A stretch of DNA of 62,651 nt, filler included, from Dugesia japonica (taxonomy: Eukaryota): assembly GCA_001938525.1 (NCBI GenBank). It is 5 parts of 5 records of this genome, joined end to end, with 100 filler letters (N's around TTAATTAATTAA, not from the genome) between each part and the next. Parts side by side here need not be neighbours in the genome. Positions count along the whole stretch, not along the records: positions 43,689 to 52,420 come from MQRL01564383.1; positions 52,521 to 62,651 come from MQRL01555039.1; 3 more parts are not named here. One strand, 5' to 3'. Positions 48,401-62,651 of this stretch are shown here, one piece after another. Position 1 is the stretch's first letter. The number at the start of each line of letters is the position of its first letter. Under the pieces are notes generated by a model. It had not been told where the DNA came from. It searched no databases and worked only from the letters and a program-made list of their open reading frames with translations. The position numbers were made by a program, and so were the translations under genes.

Positions 48401-51400
48401 TAAATCAAGAAAGAAAGTAATAATTCGCTAATAGTTAAATAAAAATTGAACTTAAATAATTAAATAGTAAATGAATAAATAAAAGAAATACAATAGTGAA
48501 TAATAAAAGGAGGAAATAAAATATCCCGTTTTAAATAGCGAAGATTTGAATAAATGACTTAAATTAGTAAGAGCGAAAATTGAGAACGAGATAGTTTTAA
48601 GTTTGGGTGAAATAAAATATAAAAAAATAAGGGTGAAATAAAATATTTTCTAATTTGGTTTCAGTTGGAGAAAGAATTGGATTATCTATATCTGCAAAAG
48701 ATGTTTTTAATTCAATCAAATAGTTTATCATCAAGTTAGTGCTTCCCTAACGTGTAGCTTGATATAAAACCGCTCCTTTTCCAGCCTGCCTCTGTAAAAT
48801 ATCATCTATTTTGGGAGTTCTCGCTTCGACAACTACTTGTCTCAGTTTTAGAATAATATTGGTTATATCATGATTTTTTAGTCATCTCGTATTGATAATA
48901 GCACTGTATGCACAATAAAAAAGTAACAATGTTTTTTCAAATTTACTTTTTAACAATTAATATTAAACAACCGGTATTTTATTAAATTTTTATTTCATGT
49001 TCATAAATCATAGGCCTATATTAATAATTTTTTTAAATATTCTTAGACACTATTAGTAAAAATAAAATCTAAAAATAGTTGAAAAAATGATTCTAAAAAA
49101 GATTATTCTATTGCTATACAAATTCTCTATTGTTGTTTGTGTGTTAGGTGAGTTTGGAAAACTCGTCGAATCATTAACACCGATAACAACTACGCTTAAC
49201 AATGTATGTTTTAAATATGTTTGTTTTTAAATGTTTATTTAAATAAATTAAAATCCTGTGTTTTCATTGGAGATCATTTTTCAAAATAGAAAACTGTAAT
49301 TTATTTATTTATTTAAAATTTAAGACAAATTTTCTTACACGTTTAAAACTTTTATTTATTAAAAATTCACTTTGTTATCCAATCATCATTTTTGAATATA
49401 TTTAAATTGAATCTTAATTTATTTAAAATTTAAGACAATTTTTTTTCACGTTTAAAAATTTTATTTATGAAAAATTTACTTTATTATTCAATCATCATTT
49501 TTGAATTTTTTTTAAATTGCAACTTAATTTATTTATTTAAATTTAATTTATTTCAAACATTTTATTTAAAATCTAAGACAAATTTCCGTTTACTCAAAAG
49601 TTTGAATTTATCATAAAAAAAATTATTTATTTAAATTCTTCATCAAGACTTTAAATCTTTCTTTTAAACAAAAGATTTTTAAAAAATGATCACCAATCAC
49701 ACAAAAACTTTAACTCGCTTTTCTAAACACACTTACAATATTTATGTAAGCTTTATTTAATAATGTTGAAAATTTCCTGTAAAATTTTTGGGATCGGACC
49801 CGGAGACAAGCTCCTTTGATTGGCTCCGCCTCCATCAACTAATAATTTCGGAAAACTCGGGCTACACAACACTCCATATTATAAAAAGATTTAAAAAAGT
49901 GTTATTTTTATCAATTCATTAAAAACACGTGGCAAACATAAACATGTGATAAATTTCACCCAAATTGAAATATTTATTAATTCAATCAAAATCAAAAATA
50001 AAATAACTTATCAATATATCCGCTTCAATGTTTCCTAATTTATTAATAATAACCTTATTCACAAAAACAAAGTCAATCAATTTATTAAACAATCAAAAAA
50101 TATCGAAAATAAAGATTACAGATTAAGAATAATAAGAATCGGAAAATTATGCTCCAGACATTTTTTGTTTGAAATTTATATCAATATTGCAGTTAAATAT
50201 GAGGAGACATAAGTAATTCTTGTAATGGTCACTAAATAAGAAAAAAATGTTTACATTAAGTTCGAAATTCATTATTAATGCATACTTACAATTTTAATTA
50301 TTTTAAAAAATTATACTGAAAAACCATAAATTTATAGAACAAAATATAAAAATGGAGAGAAATTTTTTAAAAAAAAGTACGAAAATCCGTTAAGGAATTT
50401 AAAGAAAATCTTTGGAGCCATACATAAATGACGTCACGCAATTTTAGCAGATTCTTCATCCCTTCTCGTCACAATTCATCTCATAATATCTGAACCCCCA
50501 ATATTATATATGACGTCACAAAGATTCTTCACCCAAAAATCTCTGTTATATTTCATCTTTAAGAAGATTTAAAACACGACAAAATTAATATTTAAACGTG
50601 ACAGTTGCAATAGAATTTCATTCATCAAAAAATACTATTTAATATTTGTTAGGTTAATCTTCAATTGTTAATTCATTTTGCAAATCAGAATTCATATTGT
50701 TAGACAGTTTTTATTTTACTACAACAAACTATATTTAATAAGAGAAATGATTATTGAATAGTATTTTAAAAATCTTTTCTCCAGAATTAACTCAATTTCT
50801 ATTGGCTTAAAATTGTTAAATAATAATTATTTCCTCATAATATTTATTTGGATTCTTTGCGATATTCAAACAATAAAAAATTAAATATTTTCAAAATTAC
50901 GAAAATAAACAAAGGCGCAGATCAAAAACGTTTCAAAAAAATGTTGCTTTTTAAAATTTGTATTATAGTAACAAAAACTTTTTCCAAAAAAAAGTTTTTT
51001 ATTTTTTTCAAATTTTCGATTTTATCTTCTTCAGGAATTGTGATTGATTTATTCAATTTGAAGTTTAATAGCAATTTTTTTAAAAATTAAATCTTTTTAT
51101 CCTGATTTTTATTAGATAATATTGTTGAGATCACAAAGAGTATCAAATACACACATAAACATACACAAGCATTAAGCATACACATAAACACAACAAACCC
51201 TCAAAACAATTCAAAATCAATCAATTCCAACAATTCAGATCAATCAACTCCAACAATGATGCAATCCCAGAATGCATTAGACTTTATATTGATCATCATC
51301 CCTGTTTTAGATTTTATTATTTTTATACTTTGATATTTACTTGTTATGTCACTTTATTTTCCTATATCATTAATTTTGTTTGTTATAAATTAATAACATA

Positions 51401-53149
51401 ATTATTAAACAGGATTTTTAATCGATTTTGTTCTAGGAAAGGTGTTGTACATAATTTGTATAGTTTAAATATTTATATATGTGAAAATTTTATTGCTTTT
51501 ATTTTTCAATTTATTTTCTGTTTATTAATTTTAGAAAATTTATATGCAATATGGATTTTTATTTTTAATGGAAATTTTATTCTGCGAGTAATTTTATTGA
51601 TTACAGTAAGAAATTTTATTTTCTCTGTGAATTGACTGGTTAAGGGTATGTTGAATATAGATTTGCATGCGAGTGAAATCAGTATAAATACTGACTGATT
51701 TCACTCAATTTTTCAGACGACGTTGATCAGTTAGCATCCAACCTTTCCGGGAGGCATCGCTAACTTGATCTAAAATTTTGCTAATAAGGTTTTAAGACTA
51801 TTAGTAACTTGTACCTATATTGTGTTATACACCAAAAATAAAAGTATAAAGGTGATTATTTGATTTATTTATACAAGGAAAGACATAGAGAATCTACTTA
51901 GAAAAACTAATTTTTAGATTTTTGAATTTTTTTTTGATTTTTGTACTTAGAAAAATGGAAGAGTTTTTTTTGAAGATGTAAAACAAGATCCAAAATTTAT
52001 GAATAGTCTAAAACATGATTATATTCCAGTTATGAATTCTACTCCTAAAGAACAAACTTTATCAAAAAAGTTTATCAAAATTCAAATTATTTGAAGAAGC
52101 TATTAATTTAGCAGGAAATACAATTTATGATTTAGTAATTGAAAACGAAACTTTAAAAGAAGAATTAGAAAAATTATATGAGTATGCTGAAGAAAAAATA
52201 AGAAGATTAACTGCTTTAAAGAAATCTGAACAAGATTTAAATAAAAATAAATAATAATAAATGTTCTTAGAAAATCAAATATCCAAACAAAGCACTTACC
52301 TAACCCTTTCAACGCGGTAAAAGAAAAAAAACTTTATCTGAAAAATGCAAATTTTTCATGAAAACTAAAGTATTCTAAAAAGTTCTTTTAACTTTTTTTT
52401 GAGAATATCATGATTTATTANNNNNNNNNNNNNNNNNNNNNNNNNNNNNNNNNNNNNNNNNNNNTTAATTAATTAANNNNNNNNNNNNNNNNNNNNNNNN
52501 NNNNNNNNNNNNNNNNNNNNATTTCCTATTAAATCTCATGAATTTAAAATGAACTTTAGTATGAAATATGTGATTCTTGCATATTTTTATTAAGTTAGTG
52601 TTGTAATTTGTGATGTTCAAACTTTTTAAAAATAGTTGTAAAATGATTGTTGATTCTCCTCTCAAACTTTCTTGATGCCAAAATGACCCTAATTCTGTAA
52701 AAGTACAACTGTGTAAGAACTCATTAAATAAAAAGCTTCGATCCAAATGCTGTTTTATATTTTTTNNNNNNNNNNNNNNNNNNNNNNNNNNNNNNNNNNN
52801 NNNNNNNNNNNNNNNNNNNNNNNNNNNNNNNNNNNNNNNNNNNNNNATCAAAGCTTTTAATTTAATGAATCTCAAATGTGATCAATAGTTAAATTCAATA
52901 ATTATTCTCACAGTAATTGTAACTGCATAAGAACTATTCAATTTTATAAATAAATTTAAGCAGTCCTTCAAAAAATCTTTTTTTTGATATTTGATAATTG
53001 TTTAACATCATTAGCATTATTTTTAATGAAAAAATGCAAAATTAAACCATTAATAAAGAAATCAAAATAACTCCTGAATATAAGTTCTATTTAATAAAAA
53101 CCTTTCAAGGGGCCAAATTTTCAAGGTTAAAACAAAGGTTAAACGTTTA

Positions 53150-53350
53150 AAGCTTAAGTCAAAGATGCCACACTATTTCTGGGGAGAACATATCCTATTA
53201 ATGTCTGATGTAAACGATCGTGTCTAGATGATTTCAAAGATTGTTCCATGTATTATAGACGATTTGACCAGCACATGGCTACACGTAATTGGAAAATTAC
53301 CTTAATTCTCGAAAACTGTTCCAATCATCTCAGAATGATGATGTTTGATC
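53150..53350 (+). mobile_element. pogo/Tigger DDE fragment
   Basis: RRFDQHMATRNWKITLILENCSNH resembles the DDE_1 motif fd..m....rki.Li.DNc..H. Confidence 0.45.
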
Positions 53351-53494
53351 ATGTATGAAAAAATATCGACCTATTTATTTAATGCAGACCCTGCAAGAAA
53401 AATAGAATAAATATTATCGAATATTAAAATTAGACGTTTCTAATTATAATATGAGAAATTATGTTGACTGAAAAATTAATTAAGAAATTATTAA

Positions 53495-53850
53495 ATGAAA
53501 AATGTTAAAATTCTATTCGGTATTGAAGTTGAATTAATTAAGGATGAGGAAAGTAAGACTTGCAGGCTGTCTAATAGAGCTGTTCCTTTGACTGAGGATT
53601 TCTTTGATGTAGGCATTAAGCAACTGAATGAAACAATTGTAATAAGAAATGAAATAGGTAGTAGTTGGACCTTAAACCGAAGTTTAGAAATTTCTTTTAA
53701 ATTGACTAATGTTTCAAATATAAGTAGACTCTCTTGTTGAATTGATACTCCAAAGGATTTAAAAGATAAAAATACTATTGTCAATGTGAAAAATACTGAT
53801 GATTTATGTTTCATCTAAAGTATTTTTGCAATACTTAAGCGAGAAGATAT
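53495..53850 (+). mobile_element. Polinton/Maverick-type protein-primed DNA polymerase B, N-terminal fragment
   Basis: GSSWTLNR...IDTPKDLKDKNTIVNVKNTDDLCFI*SIFAIL matches the GSGW....lP..l..k..iiN.kN.D..CF.wsiLa motif. Confidence 0.7.
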
Positions 53851-55274
53851 TGAAAATTATTTTCTTTCATCATGGTACCATTTTTTATTTTTTGTCAAGG
53901 ATGGTGTTATTTAATTAGTTATTTAATTAATTTTATTAATATAAATAATTTTAATTTTATTATGTCTGCAGATTGATAATGAAGGATTAGTCTCACTAAT
54001 TACTTTTCTAAGCTTATTGGAGCCATCTTTTCATTAATATTATAATATTAATTGATAGTCATAGAGACATTTCACATGGTACCATTTAAATAGCCAATTA
54101 GGGGCTTTATAATAGTATAATGAAAGAAGGAAAAATGATTTATAATCAGCTTTGCTGCATTCATTCATTAATGTTAACAAAAATCTTTACTTAAGTATTT
54201 CTTAATACTACGTTTTTCTTTAACGCAGTTACCTAGTTTAATCAAAAGCGGGGTAAAATCACCTATATTCCCTGAATTATTAAACAAACTAGATATTGCC
54301 ACTAAATACTAATTATTTCTAAAACTTAATTATGTCACATCAGTAATATGTACAAGCTGTGCTAGGTCCAACAATTAAATTATATATTGAAAAATTAAAT
54401 ATTTTATCGAATTAATCAGTTTTTTTATTAATTCAAATTTTCAAAGAATTTCTTTCAAAAATATCAACGGCGGTATTATTTTCTAAAAATATCATTTCGA
54501 TTTTATATCATATTTTTCATGAGCATAAATTCAATTTTTATTTTCAATTAAAATCATGCATTTAAATAAATTATATTTGTGAAATAAAAACAGAAATTCA
54601 TAAAGTTTTTTACAATTCAAACAATTTCATCGTAGAATTTATGGATTTGTTTTAACATTGTTTTTAAACAACCAATATAAAATCAGCATGGTTACCAGAG
54701 TTTGTTATTCACATCGAGGGTATTTTAACAGAAAATGAAAAAAAAACATANNNNNNNNNNNNNNNNNNNNNNNNNNNNNNNNGTAAATTTGATAAAATTT
54801 TGCTTGTAAATAGATTTATTAAAACAAGAAAACAAAAATTGTTTTGTAGGAATTAAAACAAAATGAAAAACGAATAATTCTTAGAAATAATTATATGAAA
54901 TTAAGAAAAAAATAATAAATAATAGATTTATTTTAAATTTATGGAAAATATTGACAATATACAGAAATTATTATTGATATGAAATGTTTTCTGTCATTAA
55001 TTCATTAAAATAAATATTTAAATTAATACATAAATTTAATTGTAATTTAAAAATATTTTTGACTCCTGAAAATAATATTAAACATTATTATATTACTTAA
55101 TATATGTTATTGCACTATAATTTTATATAGTATAGTTTATTATTATTATTATTATTATTATTTAATTAATCATACTATTGGCTCAGTNTGTTTTTTTTAA
55201 TATTATGAAAATTTAATTAATTTTATGAGGCTAAAGAATAATATAAATACAAACGTGACGGGTTTAATACTCAC

Positions 55275-55707
55275 GAGAGAAATTAGAATTCGCATTATTA
55301 TTTTCATCACTGCTCGCTTGATTTTCAAAATATTCATTTTCCATTTCTTCTTCAATCAAAGTCGGTGTTTCTCGATCGGGCATTATTATTCGAACATCAT
55401 CAAAAAATGTGTCGATTTCTTGATAATCCGGTGGAATTCTCATGGGTTCTGATGTACACGAAGGTGAACATGATAAATTATCAGCATCTTCTTCGGTAGA
55501 ATTTATAGAAACCAATCCAATATCATGGCATTGTAATGGTGATCCACCAAATTGGATTTTATTTTCCACGGATTTTTTAGTTTTTTCGTCTTTAGAAATA
55601 ACAGTTGGTAATGATTTGTCATCATCATCGGGACTTTCGACTACAAATTCAGATACAGCCTGTCGAATGTTTGTAAATACTCGAGATACCGGAGAAAAGA
55701 ATTGCAT
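55275..55707 (-). CDS. Exon of an unidentified host gene (acidic, disordered)
   Basis: An open frame of 147 codons in very AT-rich context, with a GTGAGT donor near 55274. Confidence 0.45.
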
Positions 55708-56294
55708 AATTTTGAAATTGAAAAAATATTTTTTTTCTCAGGAAAAATAAAATATAAGTCTGTTAAAACACAATAGTTAATAATAGACAAATCTTATTTT
55801 CAATTCATATTCCCATTACTCTGATCCACATAATATTGAGACGAGTGCTATGATGCTATGAAAACCAGTAGCAAGACTGGTGCACTGGATCAAGTTAGCA
55901 TAACATTTTTAACCGCTTAATTTCTATCGTCAATTTTTTTAGTCTGCTGGTTTAATAGGAAAGACATTTTTTAGTTGAGAAAATTATAAATCGACATAAC
56001 TATTTAAGTCAGAATCAAGAAAAACACATTGTTACAGTCTCTCTCTGTTCTCCTATCTAATTTGTTCTATACTCGAGTTAATTCAAGAAAGAAAAGCAAG
56101 GGATGTATGTAATAGAGTTTGTGTGTGTAAATGTTTCTAGTTTGTATGTGGATTAATTATCAATAATAGTGCGTGATTTTTAGAATTTTTTGTTTATTTC
56201 ATATTTGCATAAAAGGGAACATTTGGCTTCCAATAAATTCTAGCCAGAATTTTCATGTGAATATAATAAAAATACAATTATCCCTAATGATTAC

Positions 56295-59108
56295 CTGTTT
56301 CAGAGAAATTAGAATCTGGAATCTGGTTGGAATAAATTGACTTTTTCTCTATAATCGATTGGAGAATATTGCTATGTTCTTCCAAACGGTTTTGGAATAT
56401 CTATTAGAGAAGAAATTATTAATAATAATTATTATAAATTTAAAATTGAATTATTTCCATTTTGTTAATAAATTCAATCAATTAAATTAAGAGTAAAATT
56501 CAAAAAACATTAGCAACGTTTTCATAAAAATAAAAGAGCACCATTTAATAAAATATTTATTTACGGTTAATTTCAACGGAATAACCGTTATCATCAGGAA
56601 ATCAACGATTATTAAAACAAACTATTTAATAAGTTAAAATTATTATATAATTTCATTTTTTGCAATATCAATAAATAATCAATAGAATAATTTTAAGAGT
56701 GTCATTGAATTCGTCAAATGAGCATAAATTTTAGGATTAATGGCTCTTATCAAAAAGTTTTCACACATCACTTTTGCCCAATAATTATTAAATTCAATAC
56801 ATAAGATCTTAAAATCTGAAAGCCTAATTGAAATTTTACATTTTNTTTGATGCTCAGCAATATTACTATTTCCACTGCATCAACTATGGTGCAGAGATGG
56901 CAAAATGTCTCTCCAATGTATTTAGCGTTAGACTCATTAATTTTAAATTGATAGACCAGATCAGATCACAAGCTTAGAGAAGTTATAGATTTTTTATTGA
57001 ACATATTTATAATCTTATGAGATTGAGATAAAACTTTTATATTTAAAGCATCCTTGAGAGCTTTTTCGATGTTCAAGTTTTAATTTAGAAAATTCGGAAT
57101 GACGATAAAACAAATTTATGATTTGTTTCTGCAACATCACACGCGTCAGCACGAGACAAATCACTATCTAATTTATTCAAAGTTTCGTAGATTAATTTGT
57201 TTGTAAACCATTTAGAAAACCTATTTTTATAAAGTAATTCAATTAATTTCTTAAGACTCTTATCTGCTTTGATAAAAGTAGAAGAGAGGAAAAAAGAACA
57301 NNNNNNNNNNNNNNNNNNNNNNNNNNNNNNNNNNNNNNNNNNNNNNNNNNNNNNNNNNNNNNNNNNNNNNNNNNNNNNNNNNNNNNNNNNNNNNNNNNNN
57401 NNNNNNNNNNNNNNNNNCTTCAACCACAAAACCTATATTTGATTGTAAGTTATTCATTATCATTAAATGGTGTTCTTTTATTTGTAATAAACCTAAATCA
57501 ATATAGTTTCTTATATAGTTTCTAGATTAATTAATGGAAATATTGAAAAGAGAAATTTATTTAAGCAAATATTTAAATAAAATAAAGAGAAAAAACAAGA
57601 ATAATGAAAATATAAAATTAAACAAAAAAATTAAAATGAAAAACTCAAAAAATTTAACATTCTTTTATCAATCCGAAAATCAACAAATATAANNNNNNNN
57701 NNNNNNNNNNNNNNNNNNNNNNNNNNNNNNNNNNNNNNNNNNAAACCTAAATCAATATAGTTTCTTATATAGTTTCTAGATTAATTAATGGAAATATTGA
57801 AAAGAGAAATTTATTTTACGCAAATATTTAAATAAAATAAAGAGAAAAAACAAGAATAATGAAAATATAAAAATAAACAAAAAAATTAAAATGAAAAACT
57901 CAAAAAATTTAACATTCTTTTATCAATCCGAAAATCAACAAATATAAAAGTTGAGCAAGTTTCAACGACAAATTTAACTAGTTGATTGGGATTTTTTTGT
58001 AAAAAAAATAATTTCTCCATCATCTCAACAATTTAGTGGAAATCAACAATGTTGTTCAAACAAACAATAACCAAATAAATATGTTTAGTTACTAATAAAA
58101 GAAATAAAATTTTCGTATATTTCTTTGGTATAATTATTATATTGTTAATAATTTGGATGCATGCCAAATTTCAAGTTTAAATGAAAAGGAAAAATTGGTA
58201 TCATTTAATAATTTGGTAGTAGAAATCTAATTTACCATTCTTATCATTATTAACCAATCAAAGTACACCACACCCCATTTTTTTTTCAATAAAATCTAAT
58301 AAATGAAAATGATGATATAAAACATTTAATTACCCGGATATTGTCCAAACACTCCTCAATATCATCGATTTGACCTAAGTTGACTTTAGAATTGACCATA
58401 AATGTGTTTATTGATTTTAATAATACAGCGATTTGATTGATATTTTCTTGAGTCAATTGAGAATCAATTGGATATTCATCTCCACTAACTATCTAGAATG
58501 AAATAATTTATCGATTAATATTAATGTATTCAAACAAATCTAATCAATAATACTTTTTCTTTACTACTGTCAAAAAATTTGGCTTGAACAAATCTAATAG
58601 TTGGCTGTAGATTTTTGAAATAAATTTCTAGATTTAGACGCAGTCCATCTGGCATTTTATTAATCAATTTTTCCAATAGTCTAATATCTGAGTCCGCATA
58701 ATGAATTTTAATATTATCCAACAATTGTTCAGGAATCTAAATTATAACAAATGTATTATTTATAACTGTAAGTAGATAAATAACTAAACAATTATTTAAA
58801 ATTATATTTTAAAAGAAAATTCAATTACTGGGTAATTTGACAGGACATCAATTTCTTCAGAAAGGTTCTCTAATATTGTCATATGATCTTTGATATGATA
58901 ATATTGGACTTTTGTTTCACTGAGTTCATTTGTTTTCATATAAAGGAGATTATTTAAGTCTTGATATGCCATTAGAAGTTGTGAATTGGATTCATCAGTC
59001 AATTGAGACGATAATTCGGCATTAATTGAATTATTCTCACTGTTTGATTGTTTATCTAATCCAATCGAAATTTGAGCTATTCTTTCCAATGATTCTTTTT
59101 TGACTTTC
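56295..59108 (-). CDS. Internal exons of an unidentified alpha-helical/coiled-coil host gene (approx. 58829-59108, 58555-58737, 58334-58492, 56295-56400)
   Basis: Open frames joined by AG/GT sites: KVKKESLERIAQ..SNYP | IPEQLLDNIK..SKEK | IVSGDEYP..LDNIR | IFQNRLEEHSN..SET. Confidence 0.6.
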
Positions 59109-60330
59109 TGTTAAAATAAATTAAATTAAAAACACAATATCATATTTTCATGGATACAATCGAATAGCATAGAAAATATTTTTTTANNNNNNNNNNNNNN
59201 NNNNNNNNNNNNNNNNNNNNNNNNNNNNNNNNNNNNNNNNNNNNNNNNNNNNNNNNNNNNNNNNNNNNNNNNNNNNNNNNNNNNNNNNNNNNNNNNNNNN
59301 NNNNNNNNNNNNNNNNNNNNNNNNNNNNNNNNNNNNNNNNNNNTAATTATTAAGTTTAATTAAGTGAGATATCCAAACAATGAAATGAAATCCAAACATT
59401 TAACATCGCATTAAGTAATATTAATTCTTTTAATAAATAAAAAAATATTCTAATAAATAAATTATTAAATATTTTGATTAATTAATTTTTTATTAATATA
59501 ACTATTTATGTTTAAAATAATTTTATATTTAATTAACAGTTTAATTAAAAGTTGATTCTAATTTATTAATTATTATTAAATTAATAATAATAATAATAAT
59601 TAAGATTTTANNNNNNNNNNNNNNNNNNNNNNNNNNNNNNNNNNNNNNNNNNNNNNNAATAATCGAAAAAATTAATTAATTTTTTTTCCAAATTAATTTT
59701 TTTTATTTGCAAAAAAACAGACATTTTAAATATACATTTTCAACTAAAAAATTATATAAAGACTTTTAATACTTATTGTTATTTAAGAAAATCAGTGATT
59801 TTTATTTGCTTGATCGAATTTTTCAATGATTTTATAATATCAGTTAAATTTAATAATAACCCTTCTAACATATTGTTAAATAAAATAAATTAGATCAATT
59901 AATTAAATTGATGTCTATCTTTTTCAGCTAAACAGTCAGACTAGGTTTCACTCGTAAAATTAGATGCGGGTAATATTTGATGAAAAATACAAGTGTTTGA
60001 TTTAATTATTAATTAATAATTAAATAAAATTTCCGAAAATTCCGAAACCAAGATAATCCATAAACGGACAATCGAGAGTCTACTGCACTTGTTTTATTTA
60101 TACAAAAAGCCCTTTATATAATTTNNNNNNNNNNNNNNNNNNNNNNNNNNNNNNNNNNNNNNNNNNNNNNNNNNNNNNNNNNNNNNNNNNNNNNNNNNNN
60201 NNNNNNNNNNNNNNNNNNNNNNNNNNNNNNNNNNNNNNNNNNNNNNNNNNNNNNNNNNNNNNNNNNNNNNNNNNNNNNNNNNNNNNNNNNNNNNNNNNNN
60301 NNNNNNNNNNNNNNNNNNNNNNNNNNNNNN

Positions 60331-60950
60331 TAATTAATAATTAATTAATAATAATTAATAATTAATTAATAATAATTAATAATTAATTAATAATAATTAA
60401 TAATTAATTAATAATAATAATTACTTATGAAATGAACGAATGAGGATTCTAAACTTTGCTGTAAAATTATTGATTTTTATTTAAAAAATAATATTTCTAA
60501 TTCAAAAATTATCATTAATTGCCATTATCTGTTTAATGGCTAGAAAACATCACATTTTATAAATGTTTCGTGAAAAGATTTGGAGGGACTTAATTTATAT
60601 AATCAAATAATGATATATTTTATAAAGAAATATTAAGGGTAGTATTTTATTTGTTTTAAATTATCATTCAATTGACAATACTTTCCTAATTTTGTGATTG
60701 TCTAAAACACTGATCAATCATTTCATTTGAATATTTTCTTTATTCAACAAGTAATGAAGCGAAAATAATTATGAGAAATCTGAAACACTGTTTAAGATAA
60801 ACAATAAGGTAATTATCAAAATAATTATATATTTTTAGAGATGTTTTAAAACGAGATAACACTTTTATTTGCTTATCTGTGAATACGATTAATCTGCAAA
60901 CGAAAAAAAAGATTATGAAAGCACTGAAATTAAATTATTTATGTTTTTTG

Positions 60951-61013
<63 letters not shown>

Positions 61014-61020
61014 ATTATTA
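60331..61020. repeat. (TAAT/TAA)n and (ATT)n microsatellites at gap edges
   Basis: Seen directly at 60331-60420 and 60951-61020. Confidence 0.9.
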
Positions 61021-62651
61021 NNNNNNNNNNNNNNNNNNNNNNNNNNNNNNNNNNNNNNNNNNNNNNNNNNNNNNNNNNNNNNNNNNNNNNNNNNNNNNNN
61101 NNNNNNNNNNNNNNNNNNNNNNNNNNNNNNNNNNNNNNNNNNNNNNNNNNNNNNNNNNNNNNNNNNNNNNNNNNNNNNNNNNNNNNNNNNNNNNNNNNNN
61201 NNNNNNNNNNNNNNNNNNNNNNNNNNNNNNNNNNNNNNNNNNNNNNNNNNNNNNNNNNNNNNNNNNNNNNNNNNNNNNNNNNNNNNNNNNNNNNNNNNNN
61301 NNNNNNNNNNNNNNNNNNNNNNNNNNNNNNNNNNNATTCTATTTTAAATGTTTTTTAATTGCACAATTAAACATTTTTAAAGGACAATTTAAACTCATAT
61401 TTTAGATAATAAATTATTTACATAATCTTAATAAATAACAAAAATAAGCTTCTAAATTTCATTACAAAAAAACATTTGTAAGCTTCATTATTTTTAGAAA
61501 ATTTAATTTATTTCGAAAATATTCTAAATAAACATAATAATGGAAAGTTGTTTTTTCAGTATTTTTGTAAAATTAGTAAAAACATATCTCAAAGATTTGA
61601 AAGCATTTTCTTAAAGTTTCTAAATATTGTTGTAATTGTTTCATTTCTTTTTCTTTTCATTAGACATTTTCTTATTTATTCTTGTCAATTTTCTATCTGG
61701 TCAGTTAAATCTGATAATTTATTATCTGTCAATACATCATCAATGGACCAATGGGGTCAGATTTATTAATATTACATAAATAATACGCAAGGCAAGAAAG
61801 CAGCGAATAAATCAACGCGGCTGATTAGACTGCGTTAGTGAAGTTTAATTATAACTGACGACATTAATAGGTTATTAAAATTATTAAAGTAATCTACATA
61901 TGTTAACTAAATGATGTGACCATAAAGAAATAGAAGTATCGAAATACAGGAGCAACATAGACAGCCCACAATGAAATTAATGCATTAACAAATTTAAGCA
62001 TGTTTTCAATCAAAGATTATAATATATCAGGGGCGTCCAACCTTTGTGTACATAAGATCTGCTTTTTATATTAAAATTGTGTCGGGAACGACTTGTTGTT
62101 ATAGGCGTAGTCTAAGTGGGAGGAAGGTGTGAATTACTTACTATGTTTATTTATCTTCCTACGTAAAAATACTTTTACTGTTGCGCGGTAAATTAACGCG
62201 TGGTGTTCAGTTACAAAAGAAATACGTTAAGTCAAAATTAAAAAAATATTACTTTTAATAATTATAGTGGACTTGAACTATTTTTACTTGAAAAATCATT
62301 TAGAAATGAAAACATCAATAACCTAAAAACATGACAAAAAATGAGTAAACATTTTTAAATATTTAACTGAAATTTGTATTCTAAAAAACGGCATATAAAA
62401 AATTCGCATATAAAATCGGAAGAAATATGAACTGCATAACTTTAAAATCACACAAAAAAAATCTGCATAAAAAGAGACTTTGGTATATACATATATATAT
62501 ATATATAAATCGGCGCTCAGTTATTTGAACTGGCGGGGATTTCAAAAAAGTTCAAATAACTCAATTATTCAAATAACTAATTAAACAAATTTAAAATTGA
62601 GTTATTTGAAATTTTCAAAAATATTATTCAAATAACTGAAAAATTCAAATA

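Noticed and set aside
51342-51875. Possible solo LTR (TG...CA, TATA-like and AATAAA motifs)
   Set aside because: No matching TSD, weak terminal inverted repeat, and no second copy in the window.
57488-57946. Approx. 205-bp direct repeat flanking an N gap
   Set aside because: Near-identical sequence on both sides of a gap is typical of unmerged contig overlap or haplotype duplication.
60879-61358. Poly-Ile ORF and other ORFs spanning N runs
   Set aside because: Artefacts of the (ATT)n microsatellite and assembly gaps.

Overview
AT-rich metazoan DNA with spliceosomal introns of mostly 42-55 nt. A flatworm or similar invertebrate is my guess; the sequence does not prove it. The window is at least five contigs joined by artificial N44-TTAATTAATTAA-N44 spacers. 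The main feature is a decayed giant Ty3/Gypsy LTR retroelement of more than 18 kb on the minus strand (1-18159), apparently once a single polyprotein of about 5,300 aa. Its order is unusual: LTR, tRNA-Pro-like PBS, Gag with 3 zinc knuckles, an array of about 5-6 diverged ubiquitin-like modules, a chuvirus-type (class III-like) fusion glycoprotein placed before pol, two tandem aspartic proteases, RT, RNase H, integrase, two copies of an unrecognised Cys-rich domain, and a second type-I membrane glycoprotein with PPxY/LPxY motifs. Separate coiled-coil and BIR (IAP-like) ORFs follow. A related LTR sits inside a TTAA-flanked element in an intron of a prolyl 4-hydroxylase alpha gene, and comparing the two LTRs shows compensatory base-pair changes that point to a conserved structured RNA. 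The rest of the window holds partial host genes (P4HA, WDR47, an unidentified coiled-coil gene) and many TE relics (Helitron, mariner, Tc1/IS630, Merlin, hAT, pogo, a second Gypsy, Polinton polB).
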